In this document: in pieces, positions 58,157 to 64,000 of the stretch
Position numbering within the stretch: position 1 is the stretch's first letter
How the letters are laid out: each line of letters opens with the position of its first letter
Origin: Escherichia coli
GTDB taxonomy: Bacteria > Pseudomonadota > Gammaproteobacteria > Enterobacterales > Enterobacteriaceae
Direction: 5' to 3' (one strand)
Assembly (NCBI RefSeq): GCF_003334305.1
Contig: NZ_QOWS01000023.1
DNA length: 64,000 nt
The notes under the pieces: model-generated
What the model saw: the letters and a program-made list of their open reading frames with translations, nothing else
Databases searched by the model: none
Told to the model about the DNA's origin: nothing
Made by a program: the position numbers and the translations under genes

Positions 58157-58897
58157 TCAGAGGTTGCCGGTGTAGTGCCAGCGTAAATAACGCAGCAAAC
58201 GAAGCTGACGCTTAATGCGGCTCGGCTGCGAAAGCAGGCGGTAGAGCCACTCCAGTCCCAGCGTTTGCCAGATTTTCGGTGCGCGTTTTACGTGACCGGT
58301 GAAAACATCGTAAGTCCCGCCAACGCCCATATACAGCGCATCTGGATGCACCAGACGGCAGTCGCGCATGAAGATCTCCTGCTTTGGCGATCCCATCGCA
58401 ACGGTGACGATTTGCGCTCCGCTGGCATGAATGCGTTCAAACAGCGCCTGACGCTGCTCGGGTTTAAAATAACCATCCTGACTGCCAACGATATTCACAT
58501 TCCATTGGTTGCGCAGTTTAGCTTCAGTTTGCGCCAGCACTTCAGGTTTACCGCCCACAAGAAATACCGGCGTCCCTTCTTTGCCTGCGCGCGCCATCAG
58601 CTCTTCCCAGAGATCGGCACCGGCAACGCGGGAAACCTGCGCCTGCGGGTACTTTTTACGTACTGAACGTACAACGCTGATGCCATCCGCATATTTAAAT
58701 TCGGCAGCGTTAATTAACTCCCTGACCTCGGCGTTATCTTCAATGGTCAGCATTTTTTCGGCATTAATGGCAACCAGCGTTCCCTGCTTAAGCTGCCCGT
58801 CAGCAAACAGATAATCGAGGGCGTGCTGCATATCACGCCAACCAATCAACTGTAAGCCACGCAGCGTATAGGTCGGTGCCGTGGTGTTGTTATTCAT
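58157..58897 (-). CDS. wecG: UDP-N-acetyl-D-mannosaminuronic acid transferase (ECA biosynthesis), 246 aa
   Basis: Full-length ORF; last gene of the wec cluster. Confidence 0.92.
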
Positions 58898-58899
58898 TG

Positions 58900-60252
58900 T
58901 TATCCTTCAACCTGCGTCCGGAGCGATGATTTTGTACGTTTATGAATGAGTCCGGCGCTTTCAAAAAGCCAGTACAACAGTTTTGCGATCATCAGACATG
59001 CGCCGAAGACCACGATAAAAAAGACTACGCGTGAGACAAACGAATCCAGCCCTTCACGTGCCAGCACGATCATATTGAAGATCGCCCCAAAGCAGAAACT
59101 GTGCAATATCGCAGCCTTATAGCGATTAGTCTCGCGGTTGCCCAGCTCATACAGCCAGTCGAACCATTTGATGATCAGTCCAACCACAATCGCCCCGAGT
59201 GGGATGAACAACGCGCCGCCCATCACCACCAGTGAGCCTATAAGCGTAGGCGAGATCGCCAGTCCGGAGTGGTTATTCAGCACTTCCCAGGTAAAGTAGT
59301 TGGCTGAGTTCAGCACCATACTCGGGCGACCCGGCCACAGCCAGGAAGGGATAAAGACATAGAAATCGCGGACAATTGGAGCCAGGCCCTGGAAGTCGAT
59401 GTTGTCGTAGTTCTGCAACAGCAACGCCAGATTCTCCCATGGCGAGAAGGTGTCGCGAGTGAGATAGAGAAACGTATAGAACGCTTCATCGCCGCTCACA
59501 TTCATTCCATAGCGTTTTAGCGCCAGCCAGAACATGCCCACAATCCCCAGCACGCCCGCCGCCGCCAGCATCCACAACGAAATCCAGCCGCGAATAATGC
59601 CAATAAACAGGAAGATAGCGAATGCGATGATGATATTGGCGCGAGTGCCGCCGACAATCATATAAGTCAGCAAGCCAAAGGCGACCGTGCTGACGAGGAA
59701 AAACAGCCACGCTTTGCTATCCTGGCGCAGAAAGTAGACCACCAGCATCGCCGGGATGAAAAAGTAAAAGAAGCGTTTTAACGCCACGCCGGAGACTTCA
59801 CTGGAGAAGATCTGACTGTAGGAGTTAAGCCGGAACAGCAAAAAGCCGTTGTGCATGAAGAAGATGCCGACGCTTACCAGCGCGATGCCCATCAGGATCA
59901 CCCACGTAAGATTGGTCTCCACGCGGTTCATGGTAAACAGCGGACGGCGCGGTACATCAGCAACGCGTTTGCGTAGGCGGGTTTTGTAGGTGACATAGTA
60001 AACCGCGTAGAAGCAGCCCGCAGAAAGCAACGCCTGCAACAAGATTTCTGGCGGCGCGACACCAACATCAAAGCGAAATACCAGCACGCTGGTCAGCGGG
60101 AAGCCGAAGAAAAAGGTGAGCAAAAACAGCAATGAAAAGAAGACATTGAAGTTAAAGCGCACACGGCGAAACTCAAACCAGGTCAGCGTGGCAATAAACA
60201 GCGTGCAGAGCAGCCAGACCACAAACAGGCCACTGAATTGCAGCAGACTCAT
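58900..60252 (-). CDS. wzyE: ECA polysaccharide polymerase WzyE, 450 aa
   Basis: Polytopic membrane ORF, conserved synteny. Confidence 0.92.
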
Positions 60253-61328
60253 GCGCCCTCCCCGGCGGCAATCGCCAACGCCCGCTGCCAGCCTTGTAGA
60301 TAGTTAGGGCTAAAGAAGGCAATGGTGTTTTTATCCACCGACGCCAACTGGCGCTGCGCTTCACGCACAATATCCTCGTTGAGATCGTCGGTAGTAAACA
60401 GCACTGGCAAATGCTGTTCCGTCATATCCTGCCAGAACGGATTTTCCCGGTTAAGCACACAAGGAATGCCCGCCTGAATCAGTAAGCACAGCGTACCAAT
60501 GCCCTGCTGGCGAGCAAAAATAAAGTAACCAAGATCGCACTGACGAAGTAGCGCCAGATAGGCGTCAAATTCCAGTTTTTCGCTCAAAATTTGCAGATTT
60601 TCTTCGCTGAATAACTCCAGCCCCGCCTGACGAACTTCCTCAATGTACGCTTCGTTATTAGGCGGATATCCCATCGGCACCACCACTTTTACCGTATCGC
60701 CAAATTGCTGATGAACGGCACGTAAAGCGGCGACATGCTCATTGCTGAGGTCGCCGGAGTTCCCCACCAGAATGGTCATTTTTCCTTCACGTTGCCGATC
60801 GTTCGCCATCGTATTGAGAGAAGGGTCCATCCGCGTCGGGAAGTACAGCAGTTCTCCCCGCACCTTTGGGTGCGTTTTGGCAAAAAAGCTCAAATCGCCG
60901 CGGGTGGCAAATACACAGCCGACTCGCTTTTGCGCCAGGCGACGTAGTGGGTAAAAAAGCTTATATCTCAAGCCACTGGAAAGCTCATACAGGTCTGCCC
61001 CCCAGATATGCCAGAAAAACTGGCTGGGCTTAATGCCACCACTCAGCAGAGCCAGCCACAGTGTGGGATTGAACTGACCGTGGAAAAAAAATCGCTGCTG
61101 ACGGTTAGCTTTTGCTTTCGCGATGACCGCTTCCGCCAGCGATTTTTTCCCAGGGAAAAATTGCACAGAAAGCGCCGGACAGCTATCACTTAAGCCGTCG
61201 TCCTTGCCAACAACCATAAACTCGCGCGCGTGCTCGCTCGTCGCAGCCAGCGCGTCATTGAAAAACCGCAAAACGGTTCGGTTATGGTGAGGGATATCCG
61301 ATCCCAGTACGTGAATCAGTACAGTCAT
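60249..61328 (-). CDS. wecF: TDP-Fuc4NAc:lipid II Fuc4NAc transferase, 359 aa
   Basis: Full-length ORF, 4-bp overlaps on both sides. Confidence 0.92.
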
Positions 61329-62575
61329 GCCCGCCTACGCCAGAGTAAAAACACGCCACAACAAAGAGAAAAATAGACGATATAAGTTGCCATATATGCC
61401 TGCGCCGCGCCCAGTGCACCATGCGCAGGGATTAGCCAGTGGGCAAATACCATCAATAAAGTGAACTGGCTGATTTCCGCCAGAATATAAAACCGCAATG
61501 ACGCTTTGGCGATCACCAGATAACCAAAGACATAAGCGCCCACTTTTAACACATCACCCACTAACTGCCAGGCAAAGAGATCGCGCATAGCGGTAAATTT
61601 ATTCGACAACAGCAGCCAGATAGCAAAATCACGCAGCAGCCAGACGGTAAAACTCGCCGCCGCCACTGCCGGTAAGACGAATTTCAGCGATTTAACCACT
61701 TCCCGGGTGATATCGCGCTTTTCCGTTAGCCGCGACAACGTGGGCAGCAAATATACGCTGAACGATGCCGTAATAAATTGCAGGTAGGCATCGGAAATAC
61801 TGCTCACCCCTTGCCAGATCCCCACTTCATCCCAGCTATACTGCGCCGCGAGCAGTTTACGCATCATGATGTAAGCAACAGGCAAGGTCACCGACGTAAT
61901 CAACGCCATGAGCGTAAATTTGCTCAACTGCCCTGCCAGACCGTTATCCCAGCTGGGTTTCAGATAGCTTAACGGGATGACACCACGTTTGATCAACATG
62001 ATGGCGGCAGGAATCACCACCAGCGCGGGAATCAGCGCCAGACCCAGCAACGCCCCTTCATAACCGCCCAAACGGTAACTGACGTAGTACGCGAGAACGC
62101 CAATCAAGCTGCCGACAATCAGCGATAACGCATTACCTGCGGCATCGCGAAAGCCTTTCATCAGCGCCAGTAACAGGTTGCCCCAGGCGATCCCCATTTG
62201 CACCAGCGCCACTAAACGCACCAGCCCCTGATAGTCGGTATTACCAAACAATCCCTGGCTGATTGGCGCAGCTGCCAGCACAAAAACCAGCGCCATCAGC
62301 GTAGAGAAACCAAGTACCATCGCTGATGAAGTGCCGACCACGCGGCGCAGCTGTTGCGGATTATCATGGTACTGGGCAACGTATTTGGTTACACCGTTAA
62401 AGATGCCAGCTCCGGCAAGCACGCCGAGCACGGTAATCAACTGGCGGAAATTTGCCGCCAGCCCAAGCCCCGCCGGACCAAATGACACAGCCAGCAACTT
62501 ACCGACCAGTAACCCGGCACCAATCTTGACCAGTGTACTGGCCGCCGTCCACAAGGACGCTTTTGCCAACGACAT
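61325..62575 (-). CDS. wzxE: ECA lipid III flippase WzxE, 416 aa
   Basis: Polytopic membrane ORF, conserved synteny. Confidence 0.92.
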   Translation of the reverse strand: MSLAKASLWTAASTLVKIGAGLLVGKLLAVSFGPAGLGLAANFRQLITVLGVLAGAGIFNGVTKYVAQYHDNPQQLRRVVGTSSAMVLGFSTLMALVFVLAAAPISQGLFGNTDYQGLVRLVALVQMGIAWGNLLLALMKGFRDAAGNALSLIVGSLIGVLAYYVSYRLGGYEGALLGLALIPALVVIPAAIMLIKRGVIPLSYLKPSWDNGLAGQLSKFTLMALITSVTLPVAYIMMRKLLAAQYSWDEVGIWQGVSSISDAYLQFITASFSVYLLPTLSRLTEKRDITREVVKSLKFVLPAVAAASFTVWLLRDFAIWLLLSNKFTAMRDLFAWQLVGDVLKVGAYVFGYLVIAKASLRFYILAEISQFTLLMVFAHWLIPAHGALGAAQAYMATYIVYFSLCCGVFLLWRRRA

Positions 62576-62576
62576 A

Positions 62577-63707
62577 TCAGGAGAAGTAGTTCAACAAAGT
62601 CGCAATTACCGTACGCTGATTGACGGGCGACAGGTTGTAGAACAGCGGCAGGCGCAGCAGGCGCTCGCTCTCTTTGGTGGTGTAGCGATCTTCACCGTGG
62701 AACTCACCAAAGCGTTCCCCCGCAGGGCAACCGTGCAGCGGAATGTAATGGAACACCGCCATGATTTCCGCTTCTTTCAGAAAGTTAATCAACGCGCTCC
62801 GGTCATCAATATCCCGCAGTTTAATGTAGAACATATGCGCGTTCTGCACGCAGCCATCGGGAATCGACGGCAGCTCGATACGCCCGGCTTTCGCCAGAGG
62901 CGCTAACGCATCGTAGTAGTTTTGCCACAGCGCCAGACGTTGCTGGTTGATACGATCCGCTGCTTCCAGTTGCGCCCACAGGTACGCAGCTTGCAGATCG
63001 GACATCAAATAGCTGGAGCCAATATCGCGCCAGGTATATTTATCGACCTGACCACGGAAGAACTGGCTGCGGTTAGTGCCCTTTTCACGGATGATCTCGG
63101 CTCGTTCGATTAACGCTTTATCGTTAATCAGCGTCGCGCCGCCTTCACCACCCGCCGTATAGTTTTTGGTTTCATGGAAGCTAAAGCAGCCAATATGACC
63201 AATGGTTCCCAGTGCACGCCCTTTGTAAGTGGACATCACGCCCTGAGCGGCATCTTCTACCACAAACAGATTATGCTTTTTCGCCAACGCCATAATGGTG
63301 TCCATTTCGCAGGCCACACCCGCGTAATGGACCGGCACGATAACGCGCGTTTTGTCGGTGATCGCCGCTTCAATCAGCGTTTCGTCGATGTTCATGGTGT
63401 CCGGGCGAACATCCACAAAAACGATTTTTGCGCCACGCAGCACAAAGGCATTGGCGGTGGAGACAAAGGTGTAGCTCGGCATGATCACTTCATCGCCAGG
63501 CTGGATATCGAGCAGCAGCGCCGCCATCTCCAGCGAAGCGGTGCAGGACGGCGTCAGTAACACTTTGGCGCTGCCAAAACGTTGCTCCAGCCACTGCTGG
63601 CAGCGACGGGTAAAACCGCCATCGCCACACAGTTTGCCGCTACCCATTGCCGACTGCATATAGTCGAGTTCGGTTCCCACCACCGGCGGTGCGTTAAATG
63701 GAATCAT
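62577..63707 (-). CDS. wecE: TDP-4-oxo-6-deoxy-D-glucose transaminase, 376 aa
   Basis: Full-length DegT/aminotransferase-type ORF. Confidence 0.93.
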   Translation of the reverse strand: MIPFNAPPVVGTELDYMQSAMGSGKLCGDGGFTRRCQQWLEQRFGSAKVLLTPSCTASLEMAALLLDIQPGDEVIMPSYTFVSTANAFVLRGAKIVFVDVRPDTMNIDETLIEAAITDKTRVIVPVHYAGVACEMDTIMALAKKHNLFVVEDAAQGVMSTYKGRALGTIGHIGCFSFHETKNYTAGGEGGATLINDKALIERAEIIREKGTNRSQFFRGQVDKYTWRDIGSSYLMSDLQAAYLWAQLEAADRINQQRLALWQNYYDALAPLAKAGRIELPSIPDGCVQNAHMFYIKLRDIDDRSALINFLKEAEIMAVFHYIPLHGCPAGERFGEFHGEDRYTTKESERLLRLPLFYNLSPVNQRTVIATLLNYFS

Positions 63708-63711
63708 GTGA

Positions 63712-64000
63712 TCACCTGTATAACCAGTACGCGGTGCTTTCTACATTCGCACCACTTTGTATGTATCGTTTAAGCGCGGCGGTGTTGCCCATTTGGGTCG
63801 CCACCCGCAAAGTTGTTTTACCGCGAGCATACGCCCAGTTTAGCGCCGTTTGCATCAGCTCAGCACCTACACCGCGTCCAGCCAGCAGGCCAATTCGCGC
63901 ATCTGTCGCATTGAGTTCCCGTAAAGAGACATAACCACGAATACCGCCGGACGCCGCACGTAAAATCAGACATTGATGATCAAAGGTGCCGCGCACGGCA
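63712..64000 (-). CDS. wecD: TDP-fucosamine acetyltransferase WecD, C-terminal part only (gene continues beyond the window end)
   Basis: GNAT-like C-terminal ORF; truncated by the window boundary. Confidence 0.8.
   Translation of the reverse strand, partial: AVRGTFDHQCLILRAASGGIRGYVSLRELNATDARIGLLAGRGVGAELMQTALNWAYARGKTTLRVATQMGNTAALKRYIQSGANVESTAYWLYR

Overview
This 64-kb window is an Escherichia coli chromosomal segment from the hemG-trkH to wec (ECA) region, in inverted orientation relative to K-12 numbering. All gene identifications are by recognition of translated ORFs and motifs from memory; no database search was run. The conserved backbone reads: rrn P1 promoter (edge), hemG, trkH, yigZ, pepQ, fadBA, fre, ubiD, rfaH, tatDCBA, ubiB, ubiJ, ubiE, rmuC, udp, ysgA, metE, metR, yigM, yigL, pldB, rhtB, rhtC, recQ, pldA, yigI, rarD, corA, yigE, uvrD, yigB, xerC, yigA, dapF, lptM(yifL), cyaY, cyaA, hemCDXY, glmZ sRNA, aslB, the proM-leuT-hisR-argX tRNA operon, yifK, and wecG-wzyE-wecF-wzxE-wecE-wecD(partial). 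Against that backbone, four places look strain-specific or unusual. (1) A ~4.1-kb insertion between lptM and cyaY encodes a membrane-anchored 184-aa protein and two tandem, translationally coupled, signal-peptide-bearing repeat proteins (DKNYY-like), with a duplicated ~170-bp 5' module that includes a signal-peptide stub. (2) A low-GC islet between rarD and corA is bounded by a diverged ~138-bp direct repeat of the corA 3' end and carries an overlapping two-gene cassette (284 aa + 159 aa) of unknown function. (3) aslA is reduced to a 53-codon remnant. (4) hemX carries a (CCTGCA)13 in-frame hexanucleotide repeat. The two insertions are the best candidates for an undescribed system; their functions are not established by anything I can see here.
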